A stretch of DNA of 63,332 nt, counting the filler. It is 7 parts of 7 records of this genome, joined end to end, with 100 filler letters (N's around TTAATTAATTAA, not from the genome) between each part and the next. Parts side by side here need not be neighbours in the genome. Positions count along the whole stretch, not along the records: positions 1 to 9,775 come from SRR20825019_1062; positions 9,876 to 22,046 come from SRR20825019_1067; 5 more parts are not named here. The stretch is one strand, 5' to 3'. Shown here in pieces: positions 1 through 10,690 of the stretch. The position numbers and the translations under genes are program-made. The notes under the pieces are model-generated. The model ran no database searches. It was not told the origin of the DNA and saw nothing but the letters and a program-made list of their open reading frames with translations. The stretch's first letter is position 1. The number at the start of each line of letters is the position of its first letter.

Positions 1-261
1 TCAGAGCCCAGCTGCGGGCGATGCCCCCGCTCCCCCCGCCCCCCCCTCCCCGCACCCCGACCCGGGCCGCCCCGACCGAGCCGCCAGAAGCCGGACTCGT
101 GCCGCCGGCCGGCAGGCCTGGCCCCACCCCGGCCCACTGGCATCCCCTCACCACGCCTGGTAGCCCCCACGCCCACACTATAAGATTTCCCGGCGCGGGC
201 AGTCGGTTCTCCACCAACCAGACCTCAACCCGGCCCAACAGCGCCTCGCGCCGACACAGCG

Positions 262-3211
262 ATGGGCAACACGGCCGGCCGCGACACCGCCGGCGCCGCG
301 GAGCACGGCCCGTACCCACCCGGCTTCCAGCCACTTTTCCGCGCGGAGTCGGTGGGCTCCGAGGTGGAGCTGCTCGACCAGTCCCCGGGGAGGCGCACAG
401 GAGCACAGGGGCCCGGTGCGATGCCGGGGGGGCGGAAGGGGTCCAAGTTCGCGGGGCGGGACGAGGTCCACAGGTGCCGCGTCTGCCGCTGGGTCTCGGA
501 GGGCTGCATGCCCTGCCGCGCGTGCGGCGCCGTATACTATTGCAGGTGAGTGGGCGGGAGTGTGTGGGCGTGGTTTAAGGGTTTTGGGGGGGTTGTGTGT
601 TCAAGTGTGGGTGGGCCGGGCATTCCTTCCGTTATCTTTGAGCCTGAGGGCCCGCTCCCCGTGCTGACGTCGCCACAGCACCGGGTGCCAGCTCAAGGAC
701 TACCGGCAAGGACACCAGCGGGAGTGCCCGCGGCTCGCGTCGTTCATGGCGCGCGAGGAGAGCCTACAGGAGCTGCCCTTCCAGTACTCTAATGGCATGA
801 TGGTGAGCGGCCCGCGACGGGCGGGGCGGCGGGTGACTGACGGGGGCGCACTGCAGGTTCTCCGGAGCCCCCTCCTGCTGCTGGAGCAACACCAGGTCCA
901 CGACCGCGGCCCCTGGAAGCGCCTCTGCTCCTGCTTTGAGTAAGTCTCGCGCCCCGCGTGAGTGAGTGAGAGACGGCACTGACGTCCGCCCGCCCCCAGC
1001 AACCAGCCGTACGGAACGCTGCCCTACCACTCGGAATGGTACCTCGACAAGGCGCTCTGCCCACCCGCGAGCGACTGGGAGCCGGCGGGGTTCGCGACGA
1101 CCGAGGCGGGGCCGACCCAGACCGTGGTAGGTTATTCCCTCGCCGTGACTCGGTGGGCCCGGCACTGACGGCGCGCGCCACGCAGCGCCCCACGAGCGGC
1201 CGCGCGGAGCCGATGGACGGCTGGGAGAGCTACTGCAGGCGGAGGCCGCTGGACCCGGCCTCGCCCGCGCCGCTTCTGCTGTACCACCCGCTCACGCTCT
1301 ACCACGTCCTGAGCCTGCTGGCCCGGCGCCGCGAGAGCCCGCTCAACACGGACCCCGCGCGATGGTGGGTGAAGGGGCCGCTCCCTGTTCGACGCGGGGC
1401 CGACTGAATGACTGACCGACCGCGTCTCCTGCAGGGGCCCGCGCCGCCGGCCGGTCATCGTGCACTACGCCAACCCGGGCCCCGAGCTCGACTCGCTCTT
1501 TGTGTTCCAGGAGCTCATGCGGCTGCTGCCCGGGCTGCACCTGTGGATCGTCATGATAGGCGCGTCCGTCCCCGAGGGGCGCGCGGGCAGGTGAGGCGGG
1601 CGCGGGCGTGGCCGCCGGGCCCCGGGCCGACTGACGCGACTGCGCAGGAAGGGCCTCGAGTACCGGTCCGACTCGAGCGGCGGCTCTCTCACCATCACTT
1701 TTGTGCGGCAGTCGTACCAGGACTGGGCGGCGGAGAACCAGGACCCCGACGTCGACGTCATCTTTGGTCACGTCGCGGCGGACGGGCCGCACGCGCTGGG
1801 CGCGGAGCCGGCGCCCGGCGCCAGGGCCGCCGTGCAGCAGCTTCTCGGGGGGCGGAGGGACGCCGTCGCCGCCGCCGTCTCGCTGTGCGTGGGCCTCAAC
1901 CGCCGCGCCGAGGCGGCGCGGGCCGCGGCCATCGAGGCGGAGCCCGGGACACCGGGCCCCGCGCTGGCGGCGGCCGGGACCATGGCCCACCCGCGCGCCG
2001 TCCCCGTGGCGGCGTTCTTTACGTGCGACGACGAGGCGACGGCCCACGGGCTTGAGGGGCGGATCGCCGCGGCGGCGGCCCCCGCCGAGGGCTGGGCCGC
2101 CGGCCGCCTCGCGGCCCTCCTGCGCGGGGGCGGCGCGGGGCTCCCGACCGTCGGGACGGCCGCGCCGGCGCCGGTGTCGGTGTACCAGGCCGGCCCCAAC
2201 CCGTTCCGGTCGCCCGCCCGCACCCGGCCCGCGGATCCCGATGCCCCGCCGGACTCGGGACTCCCGGCGTACCCGCGCGGCTTTCTGGTGGGCTGCCACT
2301 CGTCCGTGATCCTCTCGCCGGCCGAGTTTGAGGCGCTCCACGCCGACCCGCCCGCCGCGGCGCCGCCCCCGGCCCGGGCCCCGGCGTGGCGCCGCGAGCC
2401 GACGCTCGGCGACGAGCGCACGGGGACGAGCCCGATGCGGCGGAGCGTGCTGGCCCGCGCGGTGCAGGGCCGGGCCGCCCGCGCAAGGGCCGACAGCGGA
2501 TATGACAGCGGGGCCGGGGTGGGAACGTCGGACAGCGAGGCGCCCCAGAGCCCCGGCCGGGACTGGCCCACCGCCGATGCAGATTATCACTACTATGACC
2601 ATGACGAAGGCGACGATAGCCGCGGGGATGAGGAGGAGGAGCTCGAGGAGGAGGAGCTCGAGGAGGAGGAGGAGGACTTTAACGAGATGGCCGCGATGAT
2701 GATGGGCGGGGGAGGGGCGGACATGGATGCCGGCCGGTCCCTCTTCGAGGTGGCGCAGGACACGGGCGGCGGCCGCATCGTCGTGCGCGGGGACCGCGGG
2801 CTGCGCATCCGCGGGGCGGACGGGGCCGAGTACGAGGAGGCGGCGCCCCCGCCCCCGCCCGCCGCCCAGGCCCTCCGCCCCGACGAGGTCGCCCGGGCCG
2901 CCGTGGCCGCGGATGCGGACGCCGGCATTGGCGGGCCGGATCCCGCGGGTCCGGATCCCGACCTGATCGCGTTCTCCCCCGAGCCGCCCCCCCGGCGCCT
3001 ACCGCACTACCACGGGACTCTCGGCGCCGATGCCCAGAAGGCGGCCGCGGCCGCGGCCGCGGCGGCGCCCGGCCCCGCGGAGGCCCCGGCCGGCGGCGAA
3101 GAAGGCGAGGACGACGGCGCGCCGGAGGACCTGACGGAGGACGAGCGCCAGGCGCGGCTGGGCGCCGCCGTGTCCGCGCTGACCGAGTTCCTCGGCGGGG
3201 CCGAGACGTGA
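262..3211 (+). CDS. MYND zinc-finger protein with ZMYND15/MSS51-like domain and acidic C-terminal tail (multi-exon; internal boundaries approximate)
   Basis: Exon 1 encodes CRVC...CRACGAVYYC. After the GT-AG intron starting at 546 the frame continues STGCQLKDYRQGHQREC, completing a MYND finger. Later exons give GWESYCRRRPLDPASPAPLLLYHPLTLYHVL and VHYANPGPELDSLFVFQELMRLLPGLHLWIVMIG, which resemble the MSS51/ZMYND15 domain. The last exon is ORF 1703..3211. Confidence 0.7.
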
Positions 3212-3357
3212 CTCGGATCCGGTGCGGTGGGGGCAGGGGAGTCAACGAACCAAAGGAAATTTTATTTCAATACCATCGAGTGCGGCGGGCGGCCGGGCGC
3301 GCGCGCCGGGACCGCGCCGGGTTCTCTTCCAAGCGGGCGGGAGGGCGCCGGCCGCGC

Positions 3358-6300
3358 TCACTGCCCCGAGTCCCCGGTGGCCACGGACGCGGCGTCGATG
3401 TCCTTGAGCGCCGCGGCGCGCTGGGCCGCGCTGAGGGGCGGCATCGACTCGTGGCGCTCGAGGCCGCGGGGGGCCCCCCGGCCGCCGCCCTCGTTGTACT
3501 GCTCGCTCTGGTGGCGGTGGAGGCCGGCCTTTGGCGGCTCGGCCAGCCTGACCGACGCCCTGGCGGGGGCGGGGTCCGCGGCCGGGGCGGTGTCCTGGGC
3601 AGGCGCGGGGGCCTCGGAGGACGCGCCCTCGCCCGGCAGCTGGGGCGCGGCCGCGGCGGGGTCGTCCTCGGCCGGCGGCGGCGGCATCACCTCGACCTTG
3701 GTGCCCAGCATCACCTCCAGGGCGTGCTTGCGGCTGCTCGTCTCGAGAGTCTTGACCTTGGTGAGCTCGTCCGCGTTGGTGGGGATCTCGTAGTCCACCA
3801 CCCGGACCGTGGGCGAGCCCAGGTCCCGCCGGAGCGTCGCGGTTCCCCGGATGACGTTGTCGCTGTCCCCGAACGCCACCGAGAAGGTCGCCGTGACCGT
3901 CTGGCCCTCGTCGTCGTTGGAGATGCCGAGCCCGGCCTCGGCGCGCTCGTCCGCCGAGGGCGGCGGGGCCTCCTCGGGGGCGGCCGGGGGATCCTGGCCC
4001 GCGTCCTCGGCCGGGGCGGCGGGCCCGGGCGGCCCGATCTCCACGTCCCTGATGTCCTCCCCGTACACGAACGGCCCCTGCAGTGGCGCGCACAAAAGGT
4101 CAGCACGCTGGCGCGGCAGTAAACAGACACAAAATAGACCACCCACCTCCTCGAGCGCCCAGCGCGTCCACTCGTCGCGGCCGCGGTCCGCGGCGGACGG
4201 CACGTAACGCACAAACTCGTCGTAGAAGCAGTCGAAGAGGGTCTGGACCGTCCCCTCGACGACGCGCCGGGCCCAGCCCGCCGCCTTGATGAGCGACGCG
4301 TGCTGCAGCATCGCCAGCTCGCCCGTCACGTACGCCAGCTCGGCGCGCATGTCGGCGACGCCCTTCTCGATTGCCTCGGTGGAGAACTCGGCCTCGATCT
4401 CCTCCCGCGTCTTGATTGGCCCGCGGCGGACCGACGGCGACCCCATCCCCGCGGGCGGCACCAGGCCCTCGGCCTTCATCTGCGCCAGCTTGGCCGCGGC
4501 CTTGGCCTGCTTGGCCTCCATCTGCGCGATCGCGTCGTCCTTTCGCTCGCGGATCGACGACATCTCCCGCTCACAGTCGGCGATCGACGCCCGCACCTGC
4601 TCCGCCCGCCGCGTGAAGGTCCCGACCTTGCTGCACAGCTCGTCGTCGTGGTGCGACGCGGCCAGCATCCGCGCGCGCCGGGGGTCGGGCCCGCCGCCCG
4701 CCGCCGCGCCGCCGCCGCCGCCGCCGGCCCCCTGGCCGGCCTCCTCGCCCTTGATGTAGGCCATGATCGACGACAGCAGCTCGTCGCGGTCCGCGGTGGC
4801 GTCGAACGAGCGGACGAGCACGCCCGGCGCGTCCCCGAGCCCCCGGACGAGGGCCGCGATGCTGCCCTCCCCTGAGTAGAACGCGCCGTGGGCCTCGGCG
4901 ACCCGCTCGTCGTCCCACCCCCGCGCCTCGGACCCGGCCCTCCGGTCCTCGGCGAAGCGCGCGACGCTGTCGGCCGCCGGGATCTCCAGCAGGACAAAGT
5001 GCACCGGCTGGCCGCCGACGAGCGCGAGCAGCGCGTCGGCCTGGGCGGCCGACGCCGGGAACCCGTCCACGACCCAGCCGCGCGTCGCCATCTCGGGCGT
5101 GTCGAGCTCGCGGCGGACCAGCTCCACGACGACGTCGTCGGGGTACTCGCCCCGGGGCCCCCGCATGACGCCCGCGATGTTCTGGTCCTCCCACGTCACG
5201 CCGACGCGCTCGTCGCACAGCCGCGGCGCACTGACGTGGGTCAGCGCGAGCTGGCGGCTCACGGCCTCGCAGATCGGGCGCTTGCCGGACTTGGGCCCGC
5301 CCAGCACCACGACGCGCGGGGACATGAACGGGTAGCGGTCGATGTAATTGAGCATGACGCGGGTGAGCCGGGACAGGACGACGTCGTTGTTGATGATGTC
5401 GGCGTACTTGCGGCGGACCGAGGTCACCGAGTGGGCGGGGTCGTTCCAGAACTTGGGCCGGGGCCCCGACACGGGCAGCATCAGGTGCAGCAGCGAGTGG
5501 GCCTCGTTGTTCCAGCGCCGCAAGACCTTGCGGTCGCGGCCCGACCGCACAAAGTACACCAGGCTGTCGCCGACGTCCTTTTGCGGCGCGCGGTAGAGGA
5601 TGTTGAACGGCAGCAGCTCGATCTCGCGGCGGCGGCCCTTGATCTGGTGGACAAAGTTGTGGAAGCTGGGGCCGGACGCCGTGTCGACGGGCTGGTTGGC
5701 GAGGCGCGCCGACGTGACGGGCAGCGGCCGCCACAGGCGGGGCTCCGGCGTGGCCTGCTGGAGGGCCAGGGCGTCCTCGCCCGCCAGCCGCGCCTTCTCG
5801 GCCTCCTCCTCCCGGTACTGCTCCTCCAGCCGCGTCGATGCGAGGGACCGCAGCTCGGAGGCGAGCTCCGCGAAGTATGTCTGGAGCGCGCTGACGATGC
5901 CGTGGTCGATCAGGTCCAGGACGTCCTCGCCGCGGTACTCCACCACGACGCGGGCGGGAAAGTCCTCGAACAGCGACACGGCGCTGCGGGCGATCTCCTT
6001 GAGGCCCGCGATGGTCCGCGTGTCGTGCTCCCGGAGGATCGCCGCGACCTCGCGCATCTCGGCCCACTCACCGTAGCTCACGCGGGGCCTCTCCTGGAAG
6101 TAGATCAGCATCTCCTCGATGTAACGCACCGTCTTGGTCACGAACTGGCCGTCCACGCTCCGGTACAGCCGGAGCACCTCGTTCTGCAGCTGGTACACGG
6201 GCCGCCCGCTCTCCATGATCCCGATGTTGAGGGCCCAGAGGTTGTCCAACATCTCGCCCGTCACAACGGGCAAAAAGTTGTTGACGAAGAGCGAGTGGGC

Positions 6301-9300
6301 GTGGACGCTCCGCCGGACGGCCTGCGCGCGGAGCCGGTCCCCGGACACGGCGTCGGCCCCGAGGTCGCACATCAGGCTGTTCTCCATCTCGGTCAGCAGG
6401 AACATGTACGAGGTCCACGCCTCGAAGCAGTCCCGGGTCAGCGGGTCGGCGATGTCGGGCCGCTCCAGGACGCCCACCAGGTGGTGCGGGTGGATCAGCT
6501 CCCGGCCGCCGAGCCGCTCGATGGTGGTGGTCGCGACAAGGCCCGCATTCTCCACGATGGCCCGCGCGCTCATGTGCCTCTGCAGGTTAGGCGCCACGTC
6601 GTACACCCGGTCTCCGACCGCAACCCACAGGCCGCCCTCACCCTTGTTGTGGCTCGCCAGCTCGGAGAGGCGGATGGGCGGGGGGCCACGGGCGGGGGGA
6701 TCCGCCGGCGGGTTCTCGCTGGGGGCGGGATCGGCATCCGCGCCGGGGGCGGCGGGGGCGGCGGGGGAGGAGGGCTCGGCCCCCTCGTCCTTATCGTCGC
6801 GGATGTCCACAAAGAGGCGGCCGTTCGAGGACATCCGGTCGAGGACCTGGCCGGCCTGGGCCTCGTCCTTGCCCGTGGCGCGCTGGATCGCCACCGCGAG
6901 CGCGGCGCGGACCCCCTTGACCATCGCCGAGGTGCCGCACACGTAGAACGTTGCGTCCGCGCGCATGTACTCCCACACGTCCTCGGCCTTGTCGTCGGTC
7001 AGCATGAGGCCCGTGACATCCATGGCGGGGCCCCGCTCGAAGACGAACCGGCCCTTGTCCGGGCTCCACGCGGGTGCCAGCTCCTCGTCAGAGAACGCGA
7101 CGGAGAGCCCCACGCGGCCCCGGCGCACGTACTCCTCCAGCTCAGCGCGGTAGTAGAACTTGGACGGGCCCCGGGTCCCGAACAGCAGCCAGTCCTTGGC
7201 GGCGGCGGGGGCAGCGGCGGCGGCGGCGGCGGCGGCGGCCTGCTTCTCGCGCTCCTTGAGAAAGCCAAAGAAGATCGAGATATCGCTGCCGCACGCGATC
7301 ATCACCACGGGACTCGCGGCGCGGTGCGGGGGCGGCAGGCGAAAGTGGGCCGCGCGGACGATGCCGGTGATGCGGGCGCGCGAGGGCTTGTTGGGGTTGA
7401 CAAACTGGCCCGCGGGCTTGGCCCGGCGCTCGATCCGGAGGCGCGGCGACACGGCGTGCAGCTCGCGGCGGCCCTTGAGCTCCACCACGTAGAGGACTTT
7501 GAACGCGCGGGGGTCGGCGGGCGAGAAGAGGTCGCAGGCGGGGCCCGAGACGAGCAGCGAGGACGGGTCGCCGCCCTGCGCCACCATGACCTCGAGCACG
7601 TCGACCGCGTCGTACTTGCCCTCGTTCTTGGGAAGAAGCATCTCCGAGACACGGGCGCACGGCGTGATCTGTGCAACGGCCCGGACGAGCGCGCGGGGCG
7701 CCGGGCTGAGCTGGGCGTGGGCGAGGACCGAGCGGAGCGGGCACCACGGCTGCCGCCCCACGTCTTCCTCCACCTTTTCGCCGGCGTCCCCGAGGTACGA
7801 CGCCCACTCGTCGCTGAGGCCGATGCAGTCCTTGGCCTTGGCCCGGAGCAGGCCCATCACGATGTCGACCAGGGCGTGCGAGTTGCTCACGACCGCCTCG
7901 AACGAGTCGCCGGGGAGGAACTCCATCCCGCTGGAGGTGACGTCGAGGACCCACCGGCCCTGCTGCTGCCCGCCGGGATGCCGGTGCACCACGTCGATGT
8001 ACGTCGGCTGCTGCTGCGTCAGCGCGCGCCTCTTGTCCGCCATTTTTTCCAGGCGGCCTGTGATGGACTGCGGACGATAAAGGATCAATGAGTTAATAAT
8101 AAAAACAAAAAAAAACCACCCACCTCCCACGACCGCACGCCGTTGTCACCCCTCAGGCCGTAGCCGCTGTCGTCGCGGCCCGGGCGGAACGCCACGTCCA
8201 GGAACGAGTACACGATCTGGCGGTGGACGCCGAGAAAGCCCGAATCGCCCGCAAACTCCTCCACGATGCTCTGGAACATCCCCCTCAGCTCCGGGTCCTT
8301 GCAGCTCTCCACAAACTCCTTGACCGACACCCGCTGGACGGCGTCGAAGAACTTGAGGTAGTAATCGGTCTCGCGGCGCGCCGCCACGGGGAAGGTCCGG
8401 CCCAGGAAGATGTCAAGGATCCTCAGCACCGGGTTGGCGGCACAGTTGACGCCCCGGCCCCCGCCCATCGGCGCGCCAAAGACCGCTACCGTGCTGCTCC
8501 ACACCCCCGGGTCGATATAGGTGCGGCTGAGCGGGTTGGTGCTCAGCTTGGGCAAGGTGTAGCGCGTGGCGTGGGCGATACACGCGCGGATCGCGAGCAG
8601 GTGCTCCTTGAGGCCCGCCACGTCCCCGCGGAGGTTGCACTCCTGCGCCTCCAGGACCCGGCCCACCACGGGCGCGCACTGCGCCATGATCTCGACCTGC
8701 ACCAGGTAGTAGATCCGCTCCTCGTCCGTCCCGAACACGGGCACCAGCAGCTCCATCGTCTCCAGCCGCATATCCTCCGGGTCCACCCTCTTGATCGGCC
8801 GGCCGTCGATCCCCCACACCGACTTTTCCTCGGGCGAGGACCGCAGCCTCCAGTTGTACAGCACCATGTCGTCGAACGTCAGCTCGGGGCCCGGCCGGCC
8901 CAGCCGCTCGCACACCTTCCGCCACGGCTGCTCGATGTTGGCCGGCAGCCGCACCTTCTCCGGGTCCTCCATCGGGTCCGCCGAGTTGCCGAACCGCCGG
9001 TACGCCGTCGCAAAGATGCCGAGCACCAGCGCCGCCCGCCGGAGGTACTTCTCCGGGAAGAACTGCTGCTCCGTCGGGAGGTACGGCAGCTTGTCCAGCT
9101 CCTGCCGCACCTTCTTGGTCGAGATCATCTGCGGCACCCGCTTTGCGGCCTCGTCCCACGCCCGGTGCGAGCTGGGGAACCGCCGCTTGGGCCGCTCCGG
9201 CGGCAGGAAGCCCGTCCTCTCCTGGACCCAGCCCGAGTTGGTGTGGTTCTGCAGGGTCTGCATCGCCGCCCGCGCGGGGGAGATCAGGGGGTTGGGGTTG

Positions 9301-9692
9301 GTGCTGCTGGTGTTGTTGTTGTTGGTATTCGCGGCGGCGCGCGGGCTGGGGTCCGAGCGGCGCTGCGAGGCCGGCGGCGGCGCGGGCTGCTCGCCGTCCC
9401 CGCCCCGCGACATGTACGCCAGCCTCAGCTGCGGGACCGGCACGCGCTTGAAGTGGCCCCGGACCGCCGGCGAGTTGAGGTGGTCCCGCAGGTTGCGGTC
9501 CCGCAGCGCGTCGTACTCGGGTATGTAGTGGTCGTCCACGTGGGTGTTGACCCGGAAGTCCGACCGCCGCGACAGGTCCGACGGCGTCACCGTGATGGGC
9601 ACCCCGACCCGCGATATTATTTGGTACTTGCTGCCCTTGCCCCTGCTGTGATTCTTGGGGGTCTTGCCCCCGGTGTTGGGCCGGGGGGTCAT
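3358..9692 (-). CDS. Multidomain fusion: IDO-like heme domain + FNR/CPR-like FAD/NAD(P)H domain + cytochrome b5-like + adenylate kinase-like + coiled coil (introns 8068-8123 and probably 4078-4146)
   Basis: ORF 8085..9692 has IDO-like motifs (LRRAALVLG..ATAY, LPANIEQPW..VCERLGRP, LYNWR, FGTDEERIYYLV..EI). A phase-0 GT..AG intron at 8123-8068 joins it in frame to ORF 3358..8130. That ORF has PVVMIACGS/WLLFGTR/FYYRAEL/FYVCG (reductase), ELASHN..LWVAVGDRVYDV (b5) and RVVVLGGPKSGK/GWVVDGFP (AdK). Confidence 0.75.
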
Positions 9693-9725
9693 AATGCAGG
9701 TGTTGGTGTTGGTGCTGGTATTGGG

Positions 9726-9775
9726 TATATATATATATATATATATTTGGTGGGGGGGGGGGGGGGGGGGGGGGG
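9726..9775. repeat. (TA)n microsatellite followed by poly-G at contig end
   Basis: Visible tatatata run then a G homopolymer immediately before the N spacer. Confidence 0.9.
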
Positions 9776-9875
9776 NNNNNNNNNNNNNNNNNNNNNNNNN
9801 NNNNNNNNNNNNNNNNNNNTTAATTAATTAANNNNNNNNNNNNNNNNNNNNNNNNNNNNNNNNNNNNNNNNNNNN
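9776..9875. other. Artificial contig-joining spacer
   Basis: N44-TTAATTAATTAA-N44; the identical structure recurs six times and places stops in all six frames. Confidence 0.98.
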
Positions 9876-10690
9876 GGGGGGGGGGGGGGGGGGGGGGGCT
9901 GCCGGTCCGGGCGGCCAGTCGTTGCGGGTGGCGCCATCGGGCCCGGGCGCAGCGCGGGTGGCGCCCATCGGGCTTGGGCGCCGCGCGGGCGGGCGGACGG
10001 CGGCCCGATTCCCGCCAAATTCACGACACTGAGCGTAATTGCCACATGTCCCTCGGATAGGCTCCTTGGGTTTTCGGCGACGAACTTCAGACACCGGCAC
10101 CGAAGCCTCAACTTTCGTCGACCTCGCCTCCCTCGACAGGCCGGTTCAAACTTGAGTTGACTTCAGGCTCATCAATCACAGTCCCCAGACTACCTGCGGA
10201 CGCGGGATCGTGAGCTCGGACTCGGGAGCCCGGCCCGTCGGCCTTCCCGGAGTGCCCAGTCGCCGTTGATCGCGACTCTCACCTCCGGCTCCGCTCTCGC
10301 GATCGACAGAGTGAAGCTGGGGACGACGGCAGGGGCGGTGGCGCCGGCCGGGCGCCAACGGCACGGCCAGCGTAGCGCCACAGCGGGCCCGCAAGCCACC
10401 ATGCGGTCACGGGCCGGCGGGACGGGCCGGCATGGTGGTCGTGCCGTAAAGCCTCCTCATGGATGGAACCTCTGTTGGTGGATTGTGACCGAAGTGAGGA
10501 GACACTGAGCAGTCCCGAACTCTAGCAGTAGCTAGAGACAAGCGCCATTCTCGCGTCGAATGCAATGCCAGGACTTGATGAGGCGTTCACAACTTCCGCG
10601 AGCCCCAACCAAGCCCTTCCTTGACTGATTCTTCTGGCGCCGTGCATATTTAAGTGGCAGCGTCGTGCCGGCAAGTAAGTGTCTCGAGGC

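Noticed and set aside
4888-9827. Long + strand ORFs 4888..8091 (1067 aa) and 8223..9827
   Set aside because: Antisense shadows of the very GC-rich minus-strand gene; no recognisable motifs.
9820-9831. Recurrent TTAATTAATTAA motif flanked by Ns
   Set aside because: Artificial all-frame-stop linker, not a biological repeat or CRISPR array.
9752-9898. Poly-G tracts at contig ends as G-quadruplex or telomere-like elements (also 32351-32372)
   Set aside because: Homopolymers at assembly breaks may be sequencing artefacts; length and reality cannot be verified.
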